From the IMG/VR virus record IMGVR_UViG_3300043389_000001, positions 1 through 46,655 of that record: 46,655 bases of DNA; one strand, given 5' to 3'. A model generated the notes under the pieces. The model did no database searches. It was not told where the DNA came from and saw only the letters and a program-made list of their open reading frames with translations. Position numbers and translations under genes: made by a program. The stretch is from a virus. Each line of letters starts with the position of its first letter. The first letter of the stretch is position 1. Below are positions 26,970 through 35,678 of the stretch, one piece after another.

Positions 26970-27775
26970 GGCAGTCGGTGCTCCTTGATTGGGATGCTCA
27001 GCTCTTGTAGCCGGCTGAAGGCCGCTTCGTATTCTCGGACATGGTCGGGACGGTCGAGGTACCGGGCATCAGCTAGGCCCTCCAGATAGACAACGCTGGG
27101 GTCGGCCTCATCAGCAAACTCCATGATGGTGAACGGTCCCCGGAAGCCGGGGTGTAGGCCGACACTGGGGGGCAGGATGCGGATATCGACTCCGGGTAGC
27201 CGGTCGTACGCCTGCAGTGCGCGGTGCTGGGCGGCGAGCACGTGGTCACCGAGGTTGACCTGAGTAAACGCGGCTTCGGCGAGTACAAGGCTGATCTCGG
27301 TGCCGGTCGCGAGTGCTCGTTTCTGCCGTTCGGCGCGCAGTCGTAGTCGTGCCTGGTTGACCTCCTCGTGTGCGCCATTGTCCGGGGTCAGGACACCGCG
27401 AGCATAGTCGTCTGTTTGCAGGACGGCATGGATCAGCCATGGGTGCCACCAGTGCAATGCGGTGGCGTCACGTTCGAGGTCGAGGTAGAGCGACAGCCAG
27501 GTGGCGATGTATTTGTCGTCGCCGTCGTCGGCTCCGGCCTTGGTGGCGTCGGCGAGTGCTACGAGCTGGTCGATGACGCTCTGTTCGGTTCCGTAGAGCT
27601 TGCACAGCTCGTAGATCTCGCCGGGTTTTGTTGCGCGTCGGCCGTTCTCGATGCGCCAGAGGGTTACTTCGCTCATGATGCCGGCTTCGGCGACGCCGAC
27701 GGTGGTGATGCCGACGCGCTTTCGCTCGGTTCGTAGGCGCCGGCCGAGCTGTCGGCGACTGGTCTGTACTGGCAC
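26966..27775 (-). CDS. XRE-family HTH regulator with DUF5753 domain
   Basis: RRQLGRRLR...LWRIENG HTH; LQT.DYAR, R..RQ, F.IMEF....P.VVYLE, Y..AF..L. Confidence 0.9.
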   Translation of the reverse strand: MPVQTSRRQLGRRLRTERKRVGITTVGVAEAGIMSEVTLWRIENGRRATKPGEIYELCKLYGTEQSVIDQLVALADATKAGADDGDDKYIATWLSLYLDLERDATALHWWHPWLIHAVLQTDDYARGVLTPDNGAHEEVNQARLRLRAERQKRALATGTEISLVLAEAAFTQVNLGDHVLAAQHRALQAYDRLPGVDIRILPPSVGLHPGFRGPFTIMEFADEADPSVVYLEGLADARYLDRPDHVREYEAAFSRLQELSIPIKEHRLP

Positions 27776-28089
27776 TGCAACCCCCGTTGCTCGCAGGCGT
27801 GTGTCCCTTATGGACCGATTAGCACCGCTATACCCGTTCTAGAAACCTTTCACACAGAAAGATTGCAGGTCGCTGAGCAGCGGGCAACCCTATGTGTATC
27901 GCCGCAGTCACGGAGGGCAGCCGAATCCCTCTTCGATTGCCTACAGCCCCCGTGCCTGCGGCGTACCCAAGAACGGCGGCGCCGTTGGGGAGAAGTCAGC
28001 CGGCCGACACCGACTGGTATGCGTGCAGCACTGACGGCGCCGCCCCACAAACCAAGCCCCAAACACCCCGCCACAGAACGGACTTCATC

Positions 28090-28410
28090 ATGCACATGAA
28101 GCTGATAGACACGTTCGGCAATGAGGTGATGGCCACCATCGTGGTCACCGCCAACGACGTTTACATCAGGGTCAAGGGTGACATCGTCGGCCAGTTCACC
28201 CGCTCCGAGCTGGCCGAATGGCTCGCCGATCCGGTCGAGGAGATCTCCAGCCAGAAGACCTCGTTCATGGCCGTACCCAACGGCATCGCCATCGCCGTGC
28301 GGGACATCGTGCCGATGTGGCCGCTGCGCGATGATGTCGAAAGGCGCCTCAAAGTCACCGTCCGGGAAGCCAACCGGGTGTTTCCACCTAGTCGGCTACC
28401 GACTCGCTGA
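28090..28410 (+). CDS. Hypothetical protein, divergent from the XRE gene
   Basis: Codon bias from MHMKLIDT onward. Confidence 0.6.
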   Translation: MHMKLIDTFGNEVMATIVVTANDVYIRVKGDIVGQFTRSELAEWLADPVEEISSQKTSFMAVPNGIAIAVRDIVPMWPLRDDVERRLKVTVREANRVFPPSRLPTR

Positions 28411-28876
28411 TCCCCAGCACCCGGCGAGTCTCGTCCATGAAGTGGTCCATGCAGATGAACTCGCGGTCACTTCGATGGTTGGTTGCCGGCCACAGCATGT
28501 TCCACCGGCTGGTGATCAGCATGGTCGAGCCGTCCTTAGGGACTGCCACGACGCTGCGCCTGCCGCACACGTGACAACGGCCCGGCCGAAGCCGCCACGC
28601 GAGCACCAGCAGCCACACCACCAGCAGGATCTGCACCAAGCGCTGCAGCCAGTCCGGGCCGACGAACATGGCCACCATCAACGGGACCATCACCGCCGCG
28701 TAGGTGAGCGCCTGCCGGCGGCTGGCCTGACGCTGGCGGCGACGCGACTCAATCAGCCGCGTCTTGTGCTCCTCGTACTCCGCCTTGATCTCCTGTAGGG
28801 CCCGGTTCTGCGGGTCCGTCATCGGGTCCTGCGGCCGGCTCGACGGGGTCGGCTCCGGCGGTTGCGTCGTTGCCAT
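28388..28876 (-). CDS. Membrane protein with C-terminal CxxC...CxxH
   Basis: Two hydrophobic segments then CHVC...RWNMLWP...ICMDHFM; RBS AGGGAGG. Confidence 0.65.
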   Translation of the reverse strand: MATTQPPEPTPSSRPQDPMTDPQNRALQEIKAEYEEHKTRLIESRRRQRQASRRQALTYAAVMVPLMVAMFVGPDWLQRLVQILLVVWLLVLAWRLRPGRCHVCGRRSVVAVPKDGSTMLITSRWNMLWPATNHRSDREFICMDHFMDETRRVLGISESVAD

Positions 28877-29150
28877 GAAGCACGGCCTCCCTTTGCTCGG
28901 CGGTCGGGTTGTAGATCGTGGTCAGTTCCGCAATGTCGATCTCATCGTGCTCGTCGCAGACCTTGACGTCTAGATCGTTGCGGATCTGACCCAGCTTGCG
29001 AAGGCACGACTGTACGGGGCGGGCGTGGGTGCCGGGGTAGGCGTGGAGCATCTGGCGGTTCAGTTCTTCCAGCTCGTCGTTGATCAGTGCGAGCTTCATG
29101 CCCCATTCGACGTGCTGCTCGATCGTGAAGGGAGGCTTCTTCGGTGGCAT
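28749..29150 (-). CDS. Hypothetical protein
   Basis: TACGCT-N6-ATG leaderless start; C-terminus overlaps the next gene. Confidence 0.6.
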   Translation of the reverse strand: MPPKKPPFTIEQHVEWGMKLALINDELEELNRQMLHAYPGTHARPVQSCLRKLGQIRNDLDVKVCDEHDEIDIAELTTIYNPTAEQREAVLHGNDATAGADPVEPAAGPDDGPAEPGPTGDQGGVRGAQDAAD

Positions 29151-29171
29151 GTTCGCAGCGTAGCCAGCCGG

Positions 29172-29375
29172 CTACGTGAACTTCTCCCACCGTTCGTCCC
29201 GGACCCCGATCGCATGTACGTCCGAGTCGGGGATCAGGAAGAGGTGCAGGCCGTTGGCCCGCAGCCAGCGTTGGTAGGCATCTGCGTGCACGGGGGTCAT
29301 GCAGACATCGACCATCTCCAGGTTGTCGGTCATCACCCAATGAGGATCATCGCGGTCCTTCTGATAGGCCGTCAT
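29172..29375 (-). CDS. Hypothetical protein
   Basis: Codon bias. Confidence 0.55.
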   Translation of the reverse strand: MTAYQKDRDDPHWVMTDNLEMVDVCMTPVHADAYQRWLRANGLHLFLIPDSDVHAIGVRDERWEKFT

Positions 29376-29632
29376 GGTCGATCAGTATGCACGACCGCCC
29401 TCGCACCCGAACCACCGAGCGGGTGGTGGATTCGGATGCGAGGGCGGCACTTTCAATAAGGAGGTGGTGCTGATGGCGGCACCCCACACCCAGGGCGTTG
29501 GGTGTGGCCCGGGGCGCGCCAGACAGGAACTACCCGTTGAACTCCAGAGGGGGGAGGGCCCTCGGTTCGGGAGGCCGGTTCCCGGGGTGAACTCCAGTGT
29601 GATCGGCAAATCCCCGGCTTCCCACTACCAGG

Positions 29633-29884
29633 TTAAGCCGGAGAATCGTCAGACGCCATAGCTGTTTCGCGTTCTCTTGCTGCACGTTCGGCTTCCTGGT
29701 ACTCGCGCCACTTGTTCTTGGCGCACACCCCGGGGTGCAGGAAGACCATGAAGTTCAGATCCGCCCAGTGTGTTGGCCCGTGGCAGTCCCAGCACCGTCC
29801 CGGCTGAGTGATCCACACCTGCTCGAAGTTCGTCCACAACGGCCACAGGAGCAACTCGTGACCCACACTCTCGACCGAACTCAT
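29633..29884 (-). CDS. Small Cys/His protein
   Basis: RBS GGAGGGG; CWDC...HPGVC. Confidence 0.55.
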   Translation of the reverse strand: MSSVESVGHELLLWPLWTNFEQVWITQPGRCWDCHGPTHWADLNFMVFLHPGVCAKNKWREYQEAERAARERETAMASDDSPA

Positions 29885-29974
29885 GCACCCCTCCGTTTGA
29901 CCAAGCTCATTTGGCCTCTTCGGACGACCCGATTCGACGGGCGCCCAACCACCGACCATGACTACCGTTTGTAC

Positions 29975-30499
29975 ATGTCGACACTACGGCTTCTCGCAAT
30001 TCTGACTGTCCTTGCCGGCTTCGATGTGGCCGCCACTGTCGCAGTCAAACAGGCTGTGGTGAAGGCAGAACCGATGTTCATGGTGATAGCCATCTTCTGC
30101 TTCATCGCCGTTGCCGGGGTGCTGGCCATAGCGATCGACAAGACCGAGCTGACCGTCGTGGCGCTGGGCTGGATCATCCTGTTCCAGGTACTGATCGTCG
30201 TGGTCGACCGGTTCATGTACGGCGTCACCCCCGGCACCGTGGAGACCATCGCCCTGGTCGTGGCCCTGCTCGCCCTGACCGTGGCCGCCGTGTACGGCAA
30301 GACCGAGCCACAGACCCGATCACTGGGCGGCCCCAAACACGCTGCCACATCTTTGGTTCCGCGCCCCCGATCAACGGTCGAGACGGTTGTAGCCGAGCGC
30401 GCCCATGTGTGGAAGAAGAAGCAGGCCCGTCGTCGCGTCGATGCCCGGGTGCAGGTGGACTACTGGAGCGGCGCCCCCCTGCTGCGGTCCAAGCGATGA
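29975..30499 (+). CDS. SMR/DMT-like 4-TM membrane protein with soluble tail
   Basis: Four hydrophobic helices; FDVAATVAVK aligns with SMR E-V-x-G-T-x-x-x-K; TACCGT-N6-ATG. Confidence 0.6.
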   Translation: MSTLRLLAILTVLAGFDVAATVAVKQAVVKAEPMFMVIAIFCFIAVAGVLAIAIDKTELTVVALGWIILFQVLIVVVDRFMYGVTPGTVETIALVVALLALTVAAVYGKTEPQTRSLGGPKHAATSLVPRPRSTVETVVAERAHVWKKKQARRRVDARVQVDYWSGAPLLRSKR

Positions 30500-30636
30500 A
30501 GTGGCCGTAGGACTAGAGCTTTTCCACCGAACAGCTACCCACTACCGCCCGGTAGTAAACCTGTCTGCAGATAGCCTTTGGTGGTGGGGGCGTGACCGTT
30601 TTCCGCTTTCACCGGCATCGTTACGACAGGACCATC

Positions 30637-31497
30637 ATGAACAAGCGAGCCCTTCTGGCCGCCATGGCCACCACCACTCTCACCATGACCGCACTGCTCA
30701 TCGCCGCGCCGGCCGAGGCCGCCGAAGACGAGGGCTGCTCCATTACCGACATCCTGCCCGAGCGGGCTGTCATCGGTGTCAACGGCAAGCGCGTGCCCTT
30801 CGATGTGCAGACCGACTGCCCCGACGAGGACATCAAGTTCGCCGTACGCGGTGAACCCATGGGCACCAGTCCCCACGTGGCCTGGTTCGCCGCCTGCAAC
30901 TACGACATGGACCAGGGCCCGGCGGTCTACGACTGCGAGCGCGACGGCTCCGGCATCATCAACCCCATCGGCGGACGCGACCAGGGCTATGACCACATCG
31001 AGGGCAACGACATCGCCGGTGAGAACACCGTGTACGCGTACGCCTTCATCGACGCCAACCACAACGGTCTCGACGACGACGAGGTGGCCTGCCAGGACGG
31101 GGACGAGGACTGCTACGGCAACCCCACCGACCGCGATCAGGACACCGGCGTCATCGAGCTGCTGCGCCAGACCCGCTGGGGCGGCACCTTCAACGCCGCT
31201 CCCGAGCCGCGCCGTAAGGGCCAGACCCTGAACCTGTCGGCCCGGCTGTGGACGGCCGACTGGAACACCGGCTCGTGGGCGGACAAGACCGCCTCGGTGA
31301 AGATCCAGTTCAAGGGTGCCGGCGAGTCCACGTTCCGCACCGTGAAGAGCACGACCGCCAAGAACGGCATGCTCGACTACGCCACCAAGGCCGTGCGCTC
31401 GGGCTACTGGCGCGCGTGGTACCCGGGCAACGACCAGATCGCTGCGGCTGTCTCCAACGCCGACTACGTCAAGGTCAACCCGGCGAAGAAGAAGTAG
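30637..31497 (+). CDS. Secreted protein, Asp/Cys-rich, with C-terminal Ig-like domain
   Basis: Sec signal MNKRALL...AEA; C-terminal V.IQFK...TVK...GYWR..YPG...S.ADYV.V. Confidence 0.75.
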   Translation: MNKRALLAAMATTTLTMTALLIAAPAEAAEDEGCSITDILPERAVIGVNGKRVPFDVQTDCPDEDIKFAVRGEPMGTSPHVAWFAACNYDMDQGPAVYDCERDGSGIINPIGGRDQGYDHIEGNDIAGENTVYAYAFIDANHNGLDDDEVACQDGDEDCYGNPTDRDQDTGVIELLRQTRWGGTFNAAPEPRRKGQTLNLSARLWTADWNTGSWADKTASVKIQFKGAGESTFRTVKSTTAKNGMLDYATKAVRSGYWRAWYPGNDQIAAAVSNADYVKVNPAKKK

Positions 31498-31527
31498 ATG
31501 GCATCTACCTAGATCGGATCTACCCAC

Positions 31528-31563
31528 GAACCCCGGTGGATGACTCATTGTCCGCCGGGGTTC
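31528..31563 (+). terminator. Terminator-like hairpin
   Basis: GAACCCCGG...CCGGGGTTC after the stop codon. Confidence 0.5.
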
Positions 31564-31580
31564 ACTGTTAGTGTTTGCCG

Positions 31581-31799
31581 ATGGGGATGTGGACCTACAC
31601 GATCTATCACCAGCCCGAACTGTGGCCGCCCTACCGCGTGCGCTCCTTCGCCATCGCCCCCGGCGTCTCCACACCCCGCGACGTCATCGGCGTAGCGGCC
31701 ACGCTGGAGCTGGCCCGCCTGTGCCTGCCCCCCGACGTCGGCATCCCCTTCGCCCGCTCCCCCAGTGACGCCCCTGAGATCGTGGAGACCTGGCTATGA
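31581..31799 (+). CDS. Hypothetical protein
   Basis: TAGTGT-N6-ATG; ends R.P.D.PEIVETWL. Confidence 0.65.
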   Translation: MGMWTYTIYHQPELWPPYRVRSFAIAPGVSTPRDVIGVAATLELARLCLPPDVGIPFARSPSDAPEIVETWL

Positions 31800-32044
31800 C
31801 CGAACGCAAGCGCCCCACCCACACCCTGTTCGTGCCGGACGAGGCGACCCTGGTCCGCGTCCTGCAGCCGCTGGTGGGCGGGCGCGAGACCTTCACCGTC
31901 GAGCCCGGCCCGACGCACACGTGGATGCTGGGCCTGTTCGAGTCCGGTCTGAACCTCGTGCGCCTAGAGCTGGGGCTGGGCGCCTATCGAGAGGTCGACT
32001 GGACCATCGGGGACATGCGTGCCCGGCGTGACAACCCGAACTGA
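31796..32044 (+). CDS. Hypothetical protein
   Basis: ATGA overlap. Confidence 0.6.
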   Translation: MTERKRPTHTLFVPDEATLVRVLQPLVGGRETFTVEPGPTHTWMLGLFESGLNLVRLELGLGAYREVDWTIGDMRARRDNPN

Positions 32045-32372
32045 TCCGGTCGTCCACCTGCTACGAGGTCAGGATCGGGGAGCCTGCGGCAAGCCCGCTC
32101 GCTGCACTACGGGGATCTCCGGCCGGGTGACGTGTCAGCGTTGTCGCCTGACGGTGGACTACCGCCAGACCCGAGCAAGGGAGACGATCGTGAAGTTCAA
32201 GCTGGTCTCGGCCCGCACCTCCGGCGGCTTGGAGGAGGGCGTCAACGAGATGCTGGAGGACGGCTGGGAGCTGCACGGCGTCACGATGATGGCCAGCACC
32301 CCGGTCGGGGACGGCAGCGTCGTCCACGAGTTCGTGCAGGCCATCAAGAAGGACACAAATCTTCACGAATAG
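32028..32372 (+). CDS. DUF1737-like protein with N-terminal Cys cluster
   Basis: L...VNEML.DGWELHG...FVQAI; an in-frame GTG at 32190 has its own RBS AAGGGAG and may be the true start. Confidence 0.6.
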   Translation: MTTRTDPVVHLLRGQDRGACGKPARCTTGISGRVTCQRCRLTVDYRQTRARETIVKFKLVSARTSGGLEEGVNEMLEDGWELHGVTMMASTPVGDGSVVHEFVQAIKKDTNLHE

Positions 32373-32449
32373 TGGAGGTTCTCGCGTCAGCGACCACGTA
32401 AAACCTACTGAATTCGTTAAGTTCGACATCCTACGGGGGATGAACAGGC

Positions 32450-32878
32450 ATGAAGCAAAGCGATTTGGACGATGCACTCGCTGCCTACCTTGAGTACGGC
32501 GACATCGAGCCATGGAGGAAAATCCTTGAAGCCGTCCTGGAAAAGGACGTACACGTTCAGAAGACAGACACCTCCATGACATTCCGAGTGTCGAGTCGCT
32601 TCAAGTCGTACGAATTCGCTCAGCGCCTAGCGGATCTGCGCGTGGAGTCGGGCATGACCTATCAAGCGCTGGCCATCGGAGCGCAGATCGGCATGACCCC
32701 GATCATCCGCCTCTTCCAAGGTCGATCGCTTCCTCAATGGCCTATCGTTGCCATGCTCGTCACCGCCATGGGCGGCAATCCCGATGACTACGCAGAGGGT
32801 TACTGGGCTGCTCGGAGCGAGCGCAAGTACCGGGGGCGAACACTGAACCCCACGCACGGCGCCGAAGGAACCTCGTGA
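32450..32878 (+). CDS. XRE-type HTH protein
   Basis: FAQRLADLR..SGMTYQALA......I.R...G..LP.W..V..LV.A. Confidence 0.7.
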   Translation: MKQSDLDDALAAYLEYGDIEPWRKILEAVLEKDVHVQKTDTSMTFRVSSRFKSYEFAQRLADLRVESGMTYQALAIGAQIGMTPIIRLFQGRSLPQWPIVAMLVTAMGGNPDDYAEGYWAARSERKYRGRTLNPTHGAEGTS

Positions 32879-32879
32879 A

Positions 32880-32899
32880 CTGATAACCCGGGTTATCAG
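32880..32899. promoter_or_regulatory. Perfect 20-bp palindrome (candidate operator)
   Basis: CTGATAACCCGGGTTATCAG is its own reverse complement. Confidence 0.5.
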
Positions 32900-32944
32900 C
32901 GTCTCGTTGGCAGTTCCATGCCCGGCTCAATTAGCCTGCCGGGC

Positions 32945-33241
32945 ATGGAACTTCGCCGCCGCAGCAAATACCGCATCGAAGCCATCGTGGACTTCAGCCT
33001 CGCGGAGAAAGATCTTGTAGGAATCTTTCTGCGCGAGGCTGAGCAGTACGACTCCGACCGGCTGCGCGTCACCCCCACAACCCGCGAGTGTGTCCGCACC
33101 CTACAGATCCACCTGTGGCTGTACGGGATGGAAGCGACCTCACCCCCCGCCGGCATCACTGCAGGCCAGCAGGACTACGCCCAGCGCTGCACTAAGCGCG
33201 TCCTGAACAGCCGCCTGGTCAAACCATCTGGTGCGCCCTGA
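32945..33241 (+). CDS. Hypothetical protein
   Basis: TAGCCT-N7-ATG; 3' end overlaps the convergent tRNA. Confidence 0.5.
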   Translation: MELRRRSKYRIEAIVDFSLAEKDLVGIFLREAEQYDSDRLRVTPTTRECVRTLQIHLWLYGMEATSPPAGITAGQQDYAQRCTKRVLNSRLVKPSGAP

Positions 33242-33304
33242 GGGAATCGAACCCCCGGCCCTCGCATCCGTAGTGCGACGCTCTGTCCTCTGAGCTAAGG
33301 GCGC
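33229..33304 (-). tRNA. tRNA-Arg(ACG)
   Basis: GCGCCCT/AGGGCGC acceptor, GCTC/GAGC D-stem, TCGCA-CT-ACG-GA-TGCGA, TTCGATT T-loop, encoded CCA; TATGGT 6 nt upstream. Confidence 0.93.
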
Positions 33305-33334
33305 ACTGCCACCATAACGGGCGGCACCAGCCAA

Positions 33335-33652
33335 TTACCGGTCTGGATCGTCCTCTTCGACCAACTGATGCAGCTCCAGTGCCAGCGAGAAGATCACATC
33401 AGACTTCGGGTCCGACCACCGCGAGTCGCCCGCTTCCTCCCGCGCCAAAAACTCCGCGTGCTCGGCCGCGCTACCCGGATACACCACGGGCACGTTGTAC
33501 ACGAACGGCCACAGCTCATCGTCGTACCGGTGCAGGCTCGGCACCAGCCCCATGTTCAACCACGTCGCGTTCCGGATCGCCAACCGCCGGCTTGCGCACG
33601 GCAGTAGGTCATCCATGCCCAGCACATGCACCGCCCACAACTCGCCACTCAC
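33335..33652 (-). CDS. Hypothetical protein
   Basis: GTGA overlap; WAVHV.G.DD...C. Confidence 0.65.
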   Translation of the reverse strand: MSGELWAVHVLGMDDLLPCASRRLAIRNATWLNMGLVPSLHRYDDELWPFVYNVPVVYPGSAAEHAEFLAREEAGDSRWSDPKSDVIFSLALELHQLVEEDDPDR

Positions 33653-34197
33653 GCCGGCACCTCGCCCTTCCCCAGGTCGTGAAGCTGCTCCGCCAGCGAC
33701 GTGACCTGGTCGTGCACGTACTTCTCGTCGCGGTACACGTCGTTCTCGTAGTAGCTCAGGCCATACCTGCTGGTCATCTCAGCCATCCCCGGCTGCAGGT
33801 CACCACCGTGAGCACAGTCGAAACCAAACCACCACGGCGCCTGTTCACGACCCGGCTCAGCGATATGGCAGATCCCGACGATCGGCTCCCCCGGCTCGCA
33901 CAGGCTGGCGAACGTCAGCCCACCGTGCGCATAGGCCGGGACATTGTCGTAGTCGTGCTGGTACAGCGGATGATCCTGCGGCACCCCCACATACCCACAC
34001 CACGCCCCAAAATGATTGCGCAGCATCAGACAATCCAAATCCGTTGCCTTGTCCACCCATTGAACCTTGTCAGGCTCAGAGTCCCACGGCCCCGCAGGCA
34101 CATTCTCGGCAATCGTCTTCGGAGTGAACTGCCACGTACGCCTAGCCGGGTCGGTCGTGGTCTCCGTCGCCACCCGTTCCCTGTTCCGTCGCGCCAT
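33649..34197 (-). CDS. Conserved phage protein (WCGYV...HGGLTF...WWFGFDCAH)
   Basis: Motif set recurrent in phage hypotheticals; RBS AAGGGG. Confidence 0.75.
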   Translation of the reverse strand: MARRNRERVATETTTDPARRTWQFTPKTIAENVPAGPWDSEPDKVQWVDKATDLDCLMLRNHFGAWCGYVGVPQDHPLYQHDYDNVPAYAHGGLTFASLCEPGEPIVGICHIAEPGREQAPWWFGFDCAHGGDLQPGMAEMTSRYGLSYYENDVYRDEKYVHDQVTSLAEQLHDLGKGEVPA

Positions 34198-34372
34198 GAT
34201 TCCCCTTGCCCGCAGCCGCTGTCGCGGCGCGAATGATGTAGCCGTCCTCGCGCATTTCCAGCACGAGTTCCCCCGACCGCAGCTCCTCACACATCCTGTG
34301 GAAGCCGGCTTCACTACGCCCTTCGGCGTAGGCCATGAACGCCTCATGCGTTTCCTGCGGTGTCATCGCCAT
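34142..34372 (-). CDS. Hypothetical protein
   Basis: TAATG coupling; GGAG RBS. Confidence 0.5.
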   Translation of the reverse strand: MAMTPQETHEAFMAYAEGRSEAGFHRMCEELRSGELVLEMREDGYIIRAATAAAGKGNHGATEQGTGGDGDHDRPG

Positions 34373-34536
34373 TACTTCTCTCCATCCATGGCATCGGCTG
34401 CCGACCTCAGCACCCGAATGATCTCCTCGTTCGTCAACGTCACCGGCCCGATGTCGACCACCTCGTACAGCACGCTGCCCGAGCCGGCCGGATAGATCTG
34501 CACCATCACCCCGGCCGTGCGCTCGCCGTTACTCAC
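34372..34536 (-). CDS. Hypothetical protein, 54 aa (not in ORF track)
   Basis: Read manually: MSNGERTAGVMVQIYP...AMDGEK; overlaps at both ends. Confidence 0.5.
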   Translation of the reverse strand: MSNGERTAGVMVQIYPAGSGSVLYEVVDIGPVTLTNEEIIRVLRSAADAMDGEK

Positions 34537-34679
34537 AGCACTCTGCGGCGCAGGTCATGCAGCTCGATCTCGGTGTCCATCAGCCGCCTCTTGATCCACG
34601 CCCGATCACGAAAGAACGCGCCGGTGCCCAGACTCAGAACGAGACCGACGAAACCCACTGTCACAAACTGAGACACCAC
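34533..34679 (-). CDS. Small single-TM protein (not in ORF track)
   Basis: Read manually: VSQFVTVGFVGLVLSLGTGAFF...; start uncertain. Confidence 0.4.
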   Translation of the reverse strand: MVSQFVTVGFVGLVLSLGTGAFFRDRAWIKRRLMDTEIELHDLRRRVL

Positions 34680-34681
34680 CT

Positions 34682-34879
34682 CTAACGGTCACCATCCTGT
34701 TCTTTAATCGGGTTAACGGTCAGCATCTCCACCCCTAGATCCGGCGTCGTTGCGGTCTCGGAACACGGGGCCGGACAGTTCATGTGCTCCCCGCACTCGA
34801 CGCAGCCGATGATGTAGTGGTCCGGCCAGCCCGAGATCCTGTCCCAGCACCAGCAATGTGCCTCAGCCGTCATGCCCAC
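34682..34879 (-). CDS. Cys-rich mini-protein
   Basis: HCWC...CVEC..H..C..PC. Confidence 0.5.
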   Translation of the reverse strand: MGMTAEAHCWCWDRISGWPDHYIIGCVECGEHMNCPAPCSETATTPDLGVEMLTVNPIKEQDGDR

Positions 34880-35097
34880 CCCCTGTTCGGTATTAACCGA
34901 ACACCGAACACGATGTGGTCGTTCGGCAACATTCCGGAAAGTGGTCGTACGGCAACATTAACGGGGTTTCTTGCCCATGATCCGCTTCCCGGACTTGCAC
35001 CGGATCGCTGATGGGAAGTAGCAGTGCCGCCACTTGCCCGACGGCGTGCGGTACACCCGCTCACCACAGTTCGCGCAGACCAGCGGGGCTCCCACGA

Positions 35098-35496
35098 TCA
35101 GTCCGCATTGGCTTCGTGCTCATTCCAGGCGTGCACCTGATGCTGATACTCCAAGGCTGCCTCGTTCATCGCCTCGGCGCTCGGGTCCTGCCCGCGCGCC
35201 TTGGCCTCGTTGTACCCGTGCGTCTCCTCCAGCAGGAGGGCGGCAGCCCTGTCCACGGGGTCGGCAGCGAAGTCCGAGCGGAACACCCCGTTAACCATGC
35301 CGGCCTCCCGCAGTGCCCGCAGCAGCTCGACGACCACCACGTCGCGACCCGGCCACGGCTCGATGGAATGATCAAACTTCCCTTGGCTCTGGCTGGGCCA
35401 TAGCGTGTTGATGTCCCACTCCGGCCAGTGGTGCAGCAGCACCTCCATGGCGAAATTGCGGATGCCGGGCTGGATCTCACTGAATTTGGTCATCAT
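35098..35496 (-). CDS. Hypothetical protein
   Basis: ATGA overlap, codon bias. Confidence 0.6.
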   Translation of the reverse strand: MMTKFSEIQPGIRNFAMEVLLHHWPEWDINTLWPSQSQGKFDHSIEPWPGRDVVVVELLRALREAGMVNGVFRSDFAADPVDRAAALLLEETHGYNEAKARGQDPSAEAMNEAALEYQHQVHAWNEHEANAD

Positions 35497-35678
35497 GCGT
35501 CCACCTGACGTGCAGGACAGGTCGTCTGGTGCACCGCGCACCGTACCTTCACGTCGGCCACCGTCATCTCATACAGCTCGGTCTGCATGTCCTCGCCACA
35601 AGTGGTGTGCGCGAGCCACAGTGGTTCGTCGTAGCCCCGTCGCTCGACCACGTACTCCCGCCAGACGATGTCAGTCAT
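35493..35678 (-). CDS. Hypothetical protein (HxxC...H)
   Basis: Overlaps both neighbours. Confidence 0.55.
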   Translation of the reverse strand: MTDIVWREYVVERRGYDEPLWLAHTTCGEDMQTELYEMTVADVKVRCAVHQTTCPARQVDA

